64,000 bases of DNA from Chitinophagales bacterium (lineage in GTDB: Bacteria; Bacteroidota; Bacteroidia; Chitinophagales; BACL12). The first letter of the stretch is position 1, and each line of letters starts with the position of its first letter. Shown here piece after piece: positions 49,154-59,632 of the stretch. Location of the stretch: assembly GCA_041392955.1 (NCBI GenBank), contig JAWKLB010000004.1, positions 45,297 to 109,296 of the forward strand. Reading direction: 5' to 3'. The notes under the pieces are model-generated. The model saw nothing but the letters and a program-made list of their open reading frames with translations, was not told where the DNA came from and ran no database searches. A program made the translations under genes and the position numbers.

Positions 49154-49663
49154 ATGAAACGTTTCCTTTTTATAATGCTGTTGGCCGCATGTGCGGTAAG
49201 CACACAGGCGCAGACTGTAAAAATCGCCTATATCAATTCACAGAAATTGCTGGAGAAAATGCCGGAAGCCGTTGCTGCCAATCAGAAACTGATGGCCATG
49301 GCAGGTGAATACGATTCCATCTATCGCGAGTACATTTTTGAATATCAAAAACTGATCAAAGAGATCCAAAGCGGCACTTTGAGTGAAGTGATGCGCGAGG
49401 TAAAATTGGATGATGCGCAGAAACTGGAAGACAGGCTGCAATCCTTTGAACAAGATACACAGGACAAACTCGATGCTAAAAAAGCGGAGTTATACCAACC
49501 CATCATCGATAAGGCTACCAAATTAGTTCAGGATGTTGCGAAAGCGAACGGATATACCTATGTGCTGGACAATTCACTGGGCGTACTGATCATGGCACCC
49601 GACGGCGATGACATACTGGACCTGGTATTGAAAGCTTTGACCACCACACCGGCAGGCAAATAA
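49154..49663 (+). CDS. OmpH/Skp family periplasmic chaperone
   Basis: Signal peptide, then VKIAYINSQKLLEKMPEAVAANQKL and coiled-coil composition. Size is 169 aa. Confidence 0.85.
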   Translation: MKRFLFIMLLAACAVSTQAQTVKIAYINSQKLLEKMPEAVAANQKLMAMAGEYDSIYREYIFEYQKLIKEIQSGTLSEVMREVKLDDAQKLEDRLQSFEQDTQDKLDAKKAELYQPIIDKATKLVQDVAKANGYTYVLDNSLGVLIMAPDGDDILDLVLKALTTTPAGK

Positions 49664-49684
49664 TAGAACTTCTGATACAAAAAT

Positions 49685-49712
49685 AAAAAACCGGCTTTGC
49701 GCCGGTTTTTTA
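49685..49712. terminator. Bidirectional rho-independent terminator between convergent genes
   Basis: AAAAAACCGGC-tttgc-GCCGGTTTTTT has an A run on one side and a T run on the other. Confidence 0.7.
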
Positions 49713-49738
49713 TTTTCACGTAAACCTAAACTAACCCT

Positions 49739-52189
49739 TTAAGAATGTTTTTTCAAGTATAAGTAATCCAGGTAATACAACACCTTGATAGAAAAGTTGT
49801 TCGACTGCGGAGAGTTAAATGTTTCCTCCCAATTCTCCGTATAACTACGCGGCAGGAAATTGCCGAATTGATAGATGCTGTTCTTCCACACGATGTTCAT
49901 CTCAGACCCCGGAGCAAAATACCAGGTATATACGAAGTCAATATTGAATGCATTGAAATTCACATCATCAGTTGAATTATTCTCCGCATCAAATGAATTA
50001 TAAGTAGTAGGATATAAATAGCCGTCCTCTCCCAGATTATAGAACTCGGTATATTCTGCATACGACCAATAATGACGTGCACGGAAACTGAAGCCCATTT
50101 TTACATTGGGCGTGTAATTCAATTGGAGCAAGGTCACAAAGGTGTTGTTATCGCGCTTGCCAAAAATAATACTGTCGGTCTCTGTCACCCATCCGATATC
50201 ATTTGGCCAGAAACTGGCTGATGCGCTTGCTGAAATAGCCACTTTGTCGCTCACACGGAAACGCGGAGATAAATTCACATTCAGGCGCATGCGGCCCGGT
50301 TCATCAAAGAAGCGGTAGTTCGCACTGGCATCATATGCAAATCTTTTGGAATAGTCTGTGGAGATCCATCCGCCGAAGTTATAATTCTTCGGATAGGTAT
50401 AATATCTGCCCGGCTCCCGTGGCTCGAACCAATCATAAGTGATCACGGGTTCCGTTTGTATCCACAATCCGCCGAAGTTGAAATTCTTGAACCCTGCCCA
50501 TACTTCTGTATACGTATTGTAATTGAAAAATTCGTCGGGTTCAACAATGCGGGTATAATTCGTCTCGGCATACACATTCAACTGATTGAAGATCCAGAAT
50601 GGTTTGTAATTATGATAGCTGCCGTTCAGGTTATAGTTGACCGTATTGTTATTTGCCAGGTAACCGAGATCATTCGGGTTATAGGTATTGCCTTCATACC
50701 AATAGCCGGTACCGTATTGCCATTTGCCACCCCACTTGCCCAAACTCAAATGATGTGCATAACCCGTCTCTGTTCCGTCTTCTCCGCCAAAGTATTTGTT
50801 TGTTACTGCGCCGCCACCTGAAATGCCGTAAATATTCTCTTTATCATTGAACTGAAATTCCGTACCTGTTGCATTTGCGTCATAGTAATTTCCACTGCGC
50901 ATCACGTTCGTGTTGATCACACTTACATACGAATTATTCTTCAGGCTCTGATCCACCACCATCACGTTATAATTAGATAGAGGCCCTGTCAATACATCAT
51001 ATTCGGCACCCTCAACATCTTTAATCGTAGCGTAAGTTTCACCTTCTATAGCATTGAAAAAACCGATACCTGTTCCTTTCGGGGTTCTTCCGGATATTTT
51101 CGTTGCATTTAATAATCTGGTGTTCTGCGGATTATTCACCACTTCTTCACCGTCCTGCAGGTTTCCATACACACCGTAAAATCCGATAGGCGTTCCTCCT
51201 ACCCTGCGCGAATAAAATAAATTCCCTTTATTGAATAATTCTGTTCCTTCCGTAAAAAACTGACGCTGTTCTACAAAATATGTTTCAAACGGTGTGAGAT
51301 TCAACACCTGGTTATCGCTTTGCACCTGACCAAAATCCGGAATAAGGGTCATGTCTAAAGTGAAGGCATCGTTCAAACCGTATTTCAGGTCGGCACCGCC
51401 ATTAAAACTTGTAGCTGTACTGGTGGTACCCGTATTTTTATCTGCATAGATATCATAATATGCCGACAAATACGGCGATATAGAAAGACGCACCGGAGCC
51501 TCTATATCTTTTATTCCGGTGAGTTTTCCCGCCTGGTTTACAAATCCGTTTATTTCAGGATCGATGCGGTTCCAGGATGATTTATCGCGCACGCGTTTTA
51601 CTTCACGCACAAAGTTTAGCCCCCAGGTTTGCTCGGGTGCATTTGGAAAACGAATAGCAGAGTAGGGTATTTTTATTTCCACTATCCATCCATCTTCCAC
51701 TTGTCGTGTTGCACTCACCCAAACAGCATCCCAGCTAAAATCTTCGCCGCCAAAATTACCGGGATACATTTTTGCATCCAATTGGACGTTTGAACTGGAA
51801 ACGATGAATTCATTTGCATTTAATCCGTCATTAAATGGATCAATGATCACATCAAAAAAATCGGCGCTGCCCAATTCATCGCGTTGAGATAGCTCACGCA
51901 TGATGCTATCCGGTTGCGGATCGTATAAATAAGCACCAATGTATAAAGCAGTATTGTCGTACATCACTTTCACCTCTGTGCGAAATGCCGACGGTTCATT
52001 ATGCTTGAATTGAAATTGAGTAAAATCACTTGCTATTTCGGCCTGTTGCCATTCCGGTTCATCGAGTCTTGCATCGATATTCATCTGCCCGGAAATGCGC
52101 AATGCAGATAGCTGCTTTTTGATCGTTTCCTGTGCTTCCGCGGTCAGGAAAACAGATTGGAGGAGGATAAGGAGTATGAGGCGGTTCAT
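49739..52189 (-). CDS. Carbohydrate-binding family 9-like / DUF5916-type large outer-membrane-associated protein
   Basis: 816 aa with signal peptide. The N-terminus IDARLDEPEWQQAEIASDFTQF...VKVMYDNTALYIGAYLYD is typical of the CBM9-like domain, followed by a long beta-rich region. Confidence 0.65.
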   Translation of the reverse strand: MNRLILLILLQSVFLTAEAQETIKKQLSALRISGQMNIDARLDEPEWQQAEIASDFTQFQFKHNEPSAFRTEVKVMYDNTALYIGAYLYDPQPDSIMRELSQRDELGSADFFDVIIDPFNDGLNANEFIVSSSNVQLDAKMYPGNFGGEDFSWDAVWVSATRQVEDGWIVEIKIPYSAIRFPNAPEQTWGLNFVREVKRVRDKSSWNRIDPEINGFVNQAGKLTGIKDIEAPVRLSISPYLSAYYDIYADKNTGTTSTATSFNGGADLKYGLNDAFTLDMTLIPDFGQVQSDNQVLNLTPFETYFVEQRQFFTEGTELFNKGNLFYSRRVGGTPIGFYGVYGNLQDGEEVVNNPQNTRLLNATKISGRTPKGTGIGFFNAIEGETYATIKDVEGAEYDVLTGPLSNYNVMVVDQSLKNNSYVSVINTNVMRSGNYYDANATGTEFQFNDKENIYGISGGGAVTNKYFGGEDGTETGYAHHLSLGKWGGKWQYGTGYWYEGNTYNPNDLGYLANNNTVNYNLNGSYHNYKPFWIFNQLNVYAETNYTRIVEPDEFFNYNTYTEVWAGFKNFNFGGLWIQTEPVITYDWFEPREPGRYYTYPKNYNFGGWISTDYSKRFAYDASANYRFFDEPGRMRLNVNLSPRFRVSDKVAISASASASFWPNDIGWVTETDSIIFGKRDNNTFVTLLQLNYTPNVKMGFSFRARHYWSYAEYTEFYNLGEDGYLYPTTYNSFDAENNSTDDVNFNAFNIDFVYTWYFAPGSEMNIVWKNSIYQFGNFLPRSYTENWEETFNSPQSNNFSIKVLYYLDYLYLKKHS

Positions 52190-52375
52190 GCTAATGATTG
52201 ACGTACAAGGTTACAGCGAAAAGGGACATCAACAGTGCCGGAAGCAGTTAATGGTTGTTAAGGGAATTATTAAAATGTATTACGGTCAAACGCTTAATTC
52301 CCGGCCGGAGCTTCGGGTAACTGAATGGTAGCAGCACCGCTCAGATAACCATGCACGCGACAAAAAAGCTATCCG

Positions 52376-52943
52376 TCAATCGAAGACATTCAACATAGTT
52401 CTTCCGCCTTTTTTATTCATGGCAGCAAAACCATGCTTTTCACCTACAAAAGGATGCACATCAGCGGTTGGCCAGCAATCCGCCGCAGAACCTCCGGCTA
52501 CAACCACACGTGCCGGGTCGATATGCATTTCTGCAACGTGTTTCACGCACATAGCGCACCGCACTTTTTGCATCCACCACACAGTTGATGGCATTGCCGC
52601 CATTCCTTGAAATAACACGATAATCGGCTGTTATGGCCACCATACCTCTGCTTGCTAAATATTTGCACGTTTCTTCCCATTGTATGGGACTGCCTTGCAC
52701 AAATCCGCCGCTGAAAAAATAAATGACCACAGGTTTGGGGTCGCCGCTGGTATGGTCTTTCGGGTAATATATATTCAGATGCATGGATACCGAATCGCCA
52801 ATCTGCTTATATACAGGTGTGGCATCGGCAGATTCTAAAACCGGTTGATAATGACTGTTGTCATCCTTCTCCATTTCTTCCAAAGTCTGGTCCTTTTTCT
52901 CCATTTTGGACTTACAAGAAGAAACTTGATCAATGCTGTGCAC
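52376..52943 (-). pseudogene. Alpha/beta hydrolase (esterase/lipase-type), frameshifted and apparently truncated
   Basis: ORF 52461..52943 has VVIYFFSGGFVQGS...ADYRV. ORF 52376..52618 in another frame has IDPARVVVAGGSA (nucleophile-elbow region). The remaining C-terminus is too short and is followed by further frame breaks. Confidence 0.6.
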
Positions 52944-53134
52944 TCAATATCCAGATCAAAACGCGCATCTTACTTCTATTTTTGTGCAAAAATACAGGAT
53001 ATTTTAGTCCTGCAATGCCCGCTATCTGAACGTACCGATGGTGGTAAGGAATTCCGGCAGCCCGACAATCCGGAATAAAAACAAATTTTTAGCTATGCGT
53101 AATTGACCTAATTTTGTGGCGCGGAGAGCGGTGC

Positions 53135-54521
53135 ATGCACGTTAAAAAACTACCATTTACAGGGCAATTGATCTATGCTTCGGGCATGCTTGGTTTGGTC
53201 ATCCTGATGAATATGATCGGGTGTACTGTGGTATATTTTTATGACCCGCTTAGCAACAGCAATATCCCCTATTTACTCCCGAGAGTTACTGTGTTGGGCA
53301 TTTTTAGTTTCATCAGTCTCATCGCAGCTTCCGGACGGATATGGGACATTGTCACCGATCCGGTGGTCGCATTTGCGCGCAGGCGACGAAGTAAAAATCC
53401 CGTGGTCGGCGAACGCCTTTCATGCGCTGGAGTGTTTTCCCCATTCTGCTCGCAGGCATTTTGATGTCGCTCCTTTAAGCCCCCGAATCGAGTGGCGCCA
53501 ATTGCCGACTGGCTGGTGGTATGTCAATTGGTTTATTATTTGTTTCTCTTACTGTTTATATCATCCCCTATAATGCCCTCATTGCTGAGTTAGGACATAC
53601 CACAACAGAAAAATTGCGCCTGTCGACCCTGCAATCACTTTCATTTTTCATCGGCATGATCCTGGCGAGCGCAGCACGGCACTGGCACAACTGCTCTTCA
53701 CTTTATTTCATTACAAGAACATGATGGTGGCCTTTCAATATTCCATTATCATTATGTCGACCATTGCGACGATCTTTCTATGTGTCCCTGCATTTTTCCT
53801 GGATGAAAAAAAATATTCCATTGGCAAGCCACATGCGCTTGGTTTAAAGGAGTCGCTCAAACCGGTGTTTACTAACCGCAATTTCTTTTTATTCATCGTT
53901 GCAGATTTTGCATATTTCATTGCGATCACCATGATAGGCACCGGTGCATTGTATTATGTGAAAGTGCTTCTGGGACTCGATGAATCGTTCGGCACGGTGA
54001 TGATCCTCGTCATGTTGCTGCTCAGCTGGCTTTGTTATCCATTGGTAAATACACTGGCACGGCGTTACTCGAAAAAGAAATTGATCCTGTCCATGTTGTA
54101 TGTGGTAGGCGCACTATTCATCCTTACGTATTTCCTGGGGAGAATGCCTTTTGCACCCGAATTGCAAGGCATTATGATATCCGTATTGTTTGCTTTCCCG
54201 CTTGCTGTATTGGGTATTTTACCTCCGGTGGTACTGGCAGAGATAACACATCTCGATGCACATACCTCCAAAGAAAATAAAGAGGCGGTATTTTTCGCCG
54301 TGCGCAGTTTATTCGACAAATTCGGACAGACCTTCGGTATAGTAATCTTTACCATACTTACCCATAATTACGGGAAAGACCCGGGACATGATATGGGTAT
54401 ACGCTTATCCGGAATATTCGGATTCAGCATGTGCTTCCTTGCCGCGAGCATCTTTGCCTTCTACAATGAAAAACATATCAGCAGCGGAGTGCAGAAAATG
54501 GAATCGGAAATGGAAGGATGA
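53135..54521 (+). pseudogene. MFS/GPH-family (glycoside-pentoside-hexuronide-type) transporter, N-terminal half frameshifted several times
   Basis: Consecutive pieces lie in different frames: GRIWDIVTDPVVAF, RTPFMRWSVFPILLAGILM, IIPYNALIAELGHTTTEKLRLSTLQS, and ALAQLLFTLF leading into the intact 266-aa ORF 53721..54521. Confidence 0.7.
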
Positions 54522-54525
54522 GGAT

Positions 54526-54802
54526 GGTGAATGGTGAGGGGTGAATAGTGAATGTCTTTGGTCCCCGTTGGGAGTGAATGCGGATAAATGATTAATGAAA
54601 GGCTATTTTTCAAATGCTCAGATCAGGGGCAGGTGGAGTTTGATATCAATATGAGTACTCAAACTGATCATAGGTGATCTTTTTACTGCTTACTGCTTAC
54701 TGCTCTCTGCTTACTGCTCTCTGCTTATTACTCTCTGCTTACTGCTCCACCCTGCGGGTGGTCCGCCGACCGGCGGATATTGCTTACTGCTTATTGCTCT
54801 TT
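54526..54802. repeat. Heptanucleotide tandem repeats with embedded 36-nt two-hairpin core (locus B)
   Basis: GGTGAAT-like units lie at 54526-54553. Nine phased heptamers (TTACTGC x5, TCTCTGC x3, TTATTAC x1) lie at 54683-54745. The core TCCACCCTGCGGGTGGTCCGCCGACCGGCGGATATT is at 54746-54781, and GCTTACT/GCTTATT units at 54782-54802. Confidence 0.9.
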
Positions 54803-55326
54803 TTCCCCTCCATCTTCTTCGCTTTCTCCTCCACTGCAAATTCCATTTCCTTTTTGTAGGCTATGATCTTGGCACGCATCTTTTCATCGTGCATACCGAG
54901 CATTTCGGCAGCCAGGATGCCGGCATTTTTTGCCGCATTCAAAGCAACGGTAGCAACGGGAACGCCGTTGGGCATTTGCAAAATGGACAGGATAGAATCC
55001 CAACCATCGATGCTGTTGGAAGAACGCACCGGGACGCCAATTACAGGCAAGGGCGTAATACTGGCAACCATTCCCGGCAGGTGTGCGGCGCCGCCTGCAC
55101 CGGCGATGATCACCTTGAGTCCGCGCGCATGGGCTTTACTTGCATAATCCATCATGCGCGCCGGTGTGCGATGAGCGGAGACGATCGTTATCTCCAGAGG
55201 CACGCCAAAGTAGTTCAAAATATCTGCGGCATCCTGCATTACCGGAAGATCGCTATCGCTTCCCATGATAATGCCCACTACCGGTTTTTTTTCTGCAGTT
55301 TTTTTGGTTGATTTTCCTTTTTTCAT
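54784..55326 (-). CDS. purE: N5-carboxyaminoimidazole ribonucleotide mutase
   Basis: [17 protein letters not shown]...IVSAHRTP...[16 protein letters not shown]. It has an unusual Lys/Glu-rich C-terminal tail whose last codons lie in the heptamer array. Confidence 0.95.
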   Translation of the reverse strand: MKKGKSTKKTAEKKPVVGIIMGSDSDLPVMQDAADILNYFGVPLEITIVSAHRTPARMMDYASKAHARGLKVIIAGAGGAAHLPGMVASITPLPVIGVPVRSSNSIDGWDSILSILQMPNGVPVATVALNAAKNAGILAAEMLGMHDEKMRAKIIAYKKEMEFAVEEKAKKMEGKKSNKQ

Positions 55327-55327
55327 C

Positions 55328-56482
55328 TCAGCTGATCACTTTTATGGTGTCTTTGATCACGGCAGCCAATGCCCGCGCCTTTTTTGCGTCCTGATGAACG
55401 ATCGTTGCATGTCCCATTTTGCGAAATGGTTTAGTTTTCTTCTTTCCGTACAAATGAACATACACTCCTTCCTGTTGTAAGCATGCTTGCAAGCCTGCAT
55501 ATTGTGCGTCACCGGTATAGCCTTCAGCGCCGAGAATATTTACCATAACAGCAACAGTACGTGTTGCCGTACTGCCCAAAGGTATACCAAAAATGCAGCG
55601 CAACAATTGCTGATATTGCGATGTATAATTCGCCTCAATGGTGTGATGTCCGGAATTATGTGGCCTTGGCGCAACTTCATTCACCAATATCTCGCCTTTC
55701 TTCGTTAAAAACATCTCCACCGCCAAAATCCCTTCCATTTGAAATGCTTCAATGGTTTTGATCGCTATGCGTGTTGCTTCTGCCGCTACTGTATCTGAAA
55801 CATGTGCAGGCGCGAGGAGAAATTCCACCAGATTCGCCTCCGGATGGAATTCCATTTCTACAGGTGGATAACTCATGGTATCGCCATCGGCATTGCGTGC
55901 AACAATGACAGCCAATTCCTTTTCCACGTCTACCAGATCTTCAACCAGATGTTCGCCTTCCAACAAGTCTTTTGCATCCTGAGGGCCCCGTACTATCTTC
56001 ACTCCTTTGCCATCATATCCGGCAGTACAACTTTTTTGAACAAAAGGAAAATTCAGCTTCTGCTCGCTGATCAGCTCGCGCAGTTCATCCGCATTATCGA
56101 GCAACATAAAAGAAGCAGTTGGGATCTCATTATCCTCATAAAATAATTTCTGCTTGCCCTTGTCTTTAATTATATCCAGAATATCGGGATCAGGAAAAAT
56201 GCGTTTCCCTTCCTTTTTTAGTTGCCGTAATGCATCTGTATTGACATGTTCAATTTCGATCGTTATGCGATCGGCATTTTTCCCAAAGGCATACACGGTA
56301 TCGAAATCGGAAAAGCTTCCACAAACAAAATGATGCGCCAGATGTGCGCAGGAGCATTCGGGATCAGGATCCAGCACGTGACATTCAATATTCCAGTCGG
56401 ATGCTGCTTCCAGCAACATCTTTCCCAATTGTCCGCCCCCTAATACCGCCAGTTTCAGATCTTGCGGCCGCAGTGTATCCAT
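55328..56482 (-). CDS. purK: N5-carboxyaminoimidazole ribonucleotide synthase
   Basis: ATP-grasp enzyme with [17 protein letters not shown] at the N-terminus. Its stop is 1 nt from the purE start. Confidence 0.93.
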   Translation of the reverse strand: MDTLRPQDLKLAVLGGGQLGKMLLEAASDWNIECHVLDPDPECSCAHLAHHFVCGSFSDFDTVYAFGKNADRITIEIEHVNTDALRQLKKEGKRIFPDPDILDIIKDKGKQKLFYEDNEIPTASFMLLDNADELRELISEQKLNFPFVQKSCTAGYDGKGVKIVRGPQDAKDLLEGEHLVEDLVDVEKELAVIVARNADGDTMSYPPVEMEFHPEANLVEFLLAPAHVSDTVAAEATRIAIKTIEAFQMEGILAVEMFLTKKGEILVNEVAPRPHNSGHHTIEANYTSQYQQLLRCIFGIPLGSTATRTVAVMVNILGAEGYTGDAQYAGLQACLQQEGVYVHLYGKKKTKPFRKMGHATIVHQDAKKARALAAVIKDTIKVIS

Positions 56483-56537
56483 AGGCCAAAGTTACGCCGA
56501 TTTGCCGACTTACACATACCGTACCTACCTTTGCGTC

Positions 56538-57074
56538 ATGAATGCATATCCATATATTCTCGCGTGTCATATCATTTTTATCGTTACCTGGTTCGCGGGA
56601 TTATTTTATATCGTACGACTCTTCATATATCACCGGGAAGCACTCGATAAGCAAGAACCTGAAAAGCAGATCTTATCCCGGCAATTCACTCTGATGGAAA
56701 GTCGCTTGTTGCATATTATTACAACACCTTCGATGCTACTCGCCTTGGGAACGGGCATAACCCTCCTCAGTTTGCAACCCACTTTTTTGCAGGAGGGTTG
56801 GATGCATGTAAAATTATTTTTCGTTGCCTGCGTTGTTGTTTATCATTTCAGTTGCCTGCGCATCCATGCAGCATTACGCGATGGCAAATACCGCGGGACC
56901 GGTCAGCGTTTGCGCATGTATAATGAACTGGCAACACTTTTTTTGGTCGCTATCGTCTTTTTGGTTGTTTTAAAAAACACCATGAACATGCTGGCCGGAT
57001 TCGGCGCTTTTATTGCACTTGCCGTAATACTTATGCTGGCGATACGTTTATATAAACGCAGCAGAAAAAAATAA
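56538..57074 (+). CDS. hemJ: Protoporphyrinogen oxidase HemJ (UPF0093/CopD-like membrane protein)
   Basis: MNAYPYILACHIIFIVTWFAGLFYIVRLFIYHRE is the HemJ N-terminal signature. Four helices. Confidence 0.75.
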   Translation: MNAYPYILACHIIFIVTWFAGLFYIVRLFIYHREALDKQEPEKQILSRQFTLMESRLLHIITTPSMLLALGTGITLLSLQPTFLQEGWMHVKLFFVACVVVYHFSCLRIHAALRDGKYRGTGQRLRMYNELATLFLVAIVFLVVLKNTMNMLAGFGAFIALAVILMLAIRLYKRSRKK

Positions 57075-57120
57075 CCCCGCCGCGAATTACCGGGCAGGGC
57101 TTATATCTTTCGGGATTTCC

Positions 57121-57594
57121 TTAAAATACGTAGCGAATAAAAAACGCGGGATCCGGATCGAGGTTGCTGTCATACCCTTTTACCAGGGGATATTGTGGCA
57201 TCAGGTCGATACCGAACATAACGGGAAGGTTCTGCAAATTGTATTCTGCACCCAGCTGACCTCCTATATAAATAAATATACCATCCTGGCCATTGCCTTT
57301 GTATTTATCGTCCAGGAATGTGTTACCCACTGTTACTGCGGGCCCTAAGAAGAAATTCAAGCCTTTGGACAGTTCAAAGACCCAATGGTATGCGGTTGCC
57401 AAACGCACAAAACTGAAGCCTTCACCGCCTCGCGCACCCAGATCGAGTTCTAACCTGTTGGTGCGGTTAAAGCCGTGCTGGTAGCTGATACCGCCACCGG
57501 AGCCGAAACGGACACCTATAGCGTTATCGTTCACCTGAGCCTGTGCGGTGAGCAAGCCTAAACAAAGTATACTGAGGAGCAAATACCTGGACAT
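57121..57594 (-). CDS. Small outer-membrane beta-barrel (porin-family) protein
   Basis: Signal MSRYLLLSILCLGLLTAQAQ from the ATG at 57594. Eight-strand-sized body ending in an aromatic residue (...FFIRYVF). Confidence 0.65.
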   Translation of the reverse strand: MSRYLLLSILCLGLLTAQAQVNDNAIGVRFGSGGGISYQHGFNRTNRLELDLGARGGEGFSFVRLATAYHWVFELSKGLNFFLGPAVTVGNTFLDDKYKGNGQDGIFIYIGGQLGAEYNLQNLPVMFGIDLMPQYPLVKGYDSNLDPDPAFFIRYVF

Positions 57595-57660
57595 ACGGAT
57601 AATTTTTGTGCAAATGGACACAAAAAAAATGAAAGTGCAAAGTGCAGGGGTCACATTATC

Positions 57661-58362
57661 TTATTCCCTGCTGATCCATCGCATGAGTTCTTCCTTATAG
57701 TTGGCCCCGATGGGTATTCTGCCCTTTTCGGTTTCGATGATGTTGCCGAAAATGGATCGCACAGCACCCAGCCGGATGATATAACTGCGATGCACACGCA
57801 CAAAACCCGGCGCGGGTAGTACCTCTTCAAACTTCTTCATGGTGTGGTGCGTCACGATCATGCGCTGCGCTGTAAATATCTTTGCATAATCCTTCATGCA
57901 TTCTATATGGTCGATATCCGTAAAATTCACTTTGACCAATTTGCTGTCTTCTTTTACAAAAAAGTACTCCTGCTTTTCCGTGAGTTCAGCCGTCGCTGTT
58001 TCCGGCTGCATCTTTTCCAGCACCTTGTTCACGGCTTTCAAAAAGCGTTCAAAGCTGATCGGCTTCAACAGATAATCATCTACATTCAGATCAAATCCGT
58101 CCAATGCAAAATTTGGATAGGCCGTTGTGAGGATCACATGCGGCGGGTTTTTGAGTGTGCGCAGAAATTCAATGCCTGTTACCACCGGCATTTGTACATC
58201 CAGGAAGATCAGATCTATCTTTTCGGTTTGCAGCGCATCATTAGCCTCCATGGCATTTGCACAGGTGGCCACCAGTTCAAGTGTGCTCAATTTGGCCACA
58301 TAGGTCTCAATCACCTGTCTGGCCAGGGGTTCATCATCAACGATCAGGCATCTTATCTTCAT
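57661..58362 (-). CDS. LytTR-family two-component response regulator
   Basis: Receiver domain (LIVDDEPLARQ...DLIFLDVQMP) plus a C-terminal LytTR DNA-binding domain (FVRVHRSYIIRL). Confidence 0.9.
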   Translation of the reverse strand: MKIRCLIVDDEPLARQVIETYVAKLSTLELVATCANAMEANDALQTEKIDLIFLDVQMPVVTGIEFLRTLKNPPHVILTTAYPNFALDGFDLNVDDYLLKPISFERFLKAVNKVLEKMQPETATAELTEKQEYFFVKEDSKLVKVNFTDIDHIECMKDYAKIFTAQRMIVTHHTMKKFEEVLPAPGFVRVHRSYIIRLGAVRSIFGNIIETEKGRIPIGANYKEELMRWISRE

Positions 58363-58364
58363 AC

Positions 58365-59429
58365 TTAGTCTTGCAAGGTAAGAGAAACACTGTACATATC
58401 TCCGGTTTCGGAAATATGTAAAGCGTGGCTGTCGGGGTAAATAAGTTGCAAACGCTGTTTCGCGTTTTCAATGCCGATGCCCCCCGACCGGCCGACACGT
58501 CCATTCAGCGGTTTATTGTTTTTTACGAAAAAAAATACACTGTGTTCTGTTGTTTCCAAGTCGATCTGAACCCATGCATCGCCTACCTGCGATTGCACCC
58601 CGTGTTTGAATGCGTTCTCCACAAAGGGCAATAATAATAATGGAGGGATCAGATGGCCGCCCGTATTTCCCTGGATATCAAATTGGATCTTCACCTTTTC
58701 ACCATGACGAATTTTTTCCAGATCGATATAATCCTGTAAAAACTGAATGTCGCGGGTCAATTCTGTTTTCTCCACATCGCACTCATAGAGCATATAACGC
58801 ATCAGGTCGCTGAGTTTGAGGATCATCTCAGGCGATTTGTCTGATTTTTGCAGAGCAAGCGAATAAATATTATTCAGTGTATTGAATAAAAAATGCGGAT
58901 TCACCTGTGCCTTCAGATAATTCAACTGAAGAGAAACATTTAGTTTTTCCAGTTCGGTCTTTTCGTCGCGCAGTCTGTAAAAACGGCGCGTGAATTTCAG
59001 AGAAAGCGGGATGGATGTCACAATGATCATTTGCACGATCATGGGGAGATAATACGCCTTGCGTGCATGCGCCATTTCCAGATATTTTTTATCCTGCTCG
59101 CCCAAAGTAACATGCTGAATAAAATACGTTTGCAGATTAAAATCCACAAGGTAAAACAAGAGATATAAACCCACCGTGGAGAGGATAAACCAGTGCAGTG
59201 TTTTCCAGTGAAAAAATCGGGGTACGATGAAATAGGCAAGCGGATAATAAAAGCAGGCAAAGATCAGATTCACGATCAGTGTGAACAACACGAAATTGTT
59301 GGTGAATTCGGTCAGCGAATGATATTGAATGACCGGGATGGATAAATAAAATCCCCAAAAGCCCAGATGCAACAGGACACGGAATGCTGTTGTTTTGGTA
59401 AATGCTTTAAAGGATGCGCGGATATCCAT
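58365..59429 (-). CDS. Sensor histidine kinase, LytS/YehU type
   Basis: Multi-helix N-terminus, His_kinase motif LKAQVNPHFLFNTLNNIYSLA and an ATPase region ENAFKHG...GGIGIENAKQRL. A 2-nt gap to the regulator gene suggests an operon. Confidence 0.9.
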   Translation of the reverse strand: MDIRASFKAFTKTTAFRVLLHLGFWGFYLSIPVIQYHSLTEFTNNFVLFTLIVNLIFACFYYPLAYFIVPRFFHWKTLHWFILSTVGLYLLFYLVDFNLQTYFIQHVTLGEQDKKYLEMAHARKAYYLPMIVQMIIVTSIPLSLKFTRRFYRLRDEKTELEKLNVSLQLNYLKAQVNPHFLFNTLNNIYSLALQKSDKSPEMILKLSDLMRYMLYECDVEKTELTRDIQFLQDYIDLEKIRHGEKVKIQFDIQGNTGGHLIPPLLLLPFVENAFKHGVQSQVGDAWVQIDLETTEHSVFFFVKNNKPLNGRVGRSGGIGIENAKQRLQLIYPDSHALHISETGDMYSVSLTLQD

Positions 59430-59632
59430 TCTGCAAAAATCTTATGCCTGTTCCAAAATTGTCCTTTTTTTCGACGAAAGCAGGCCTGTCTTCGATAAAC
59501 CCCCGTTGTGCCGCTTCCATGTTGCCTTTTGTTAAAGCATGCCGTTCATAGGCGATTTTCTGCCATTGGTCTAATACATTTTCCATACCTGATCCTGTGT
59601 TGTTCCTTTGCATGCATCAAAACCCGAACCAT

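Noticed and set aside
54683-54745. Possible CRISPR array suggested by regular short repeats
   Set aside because: The units are 7 nt, directly abutting, with no spacers, and no cas genes are nearby. This is a microsatellite-like tandem repeat.
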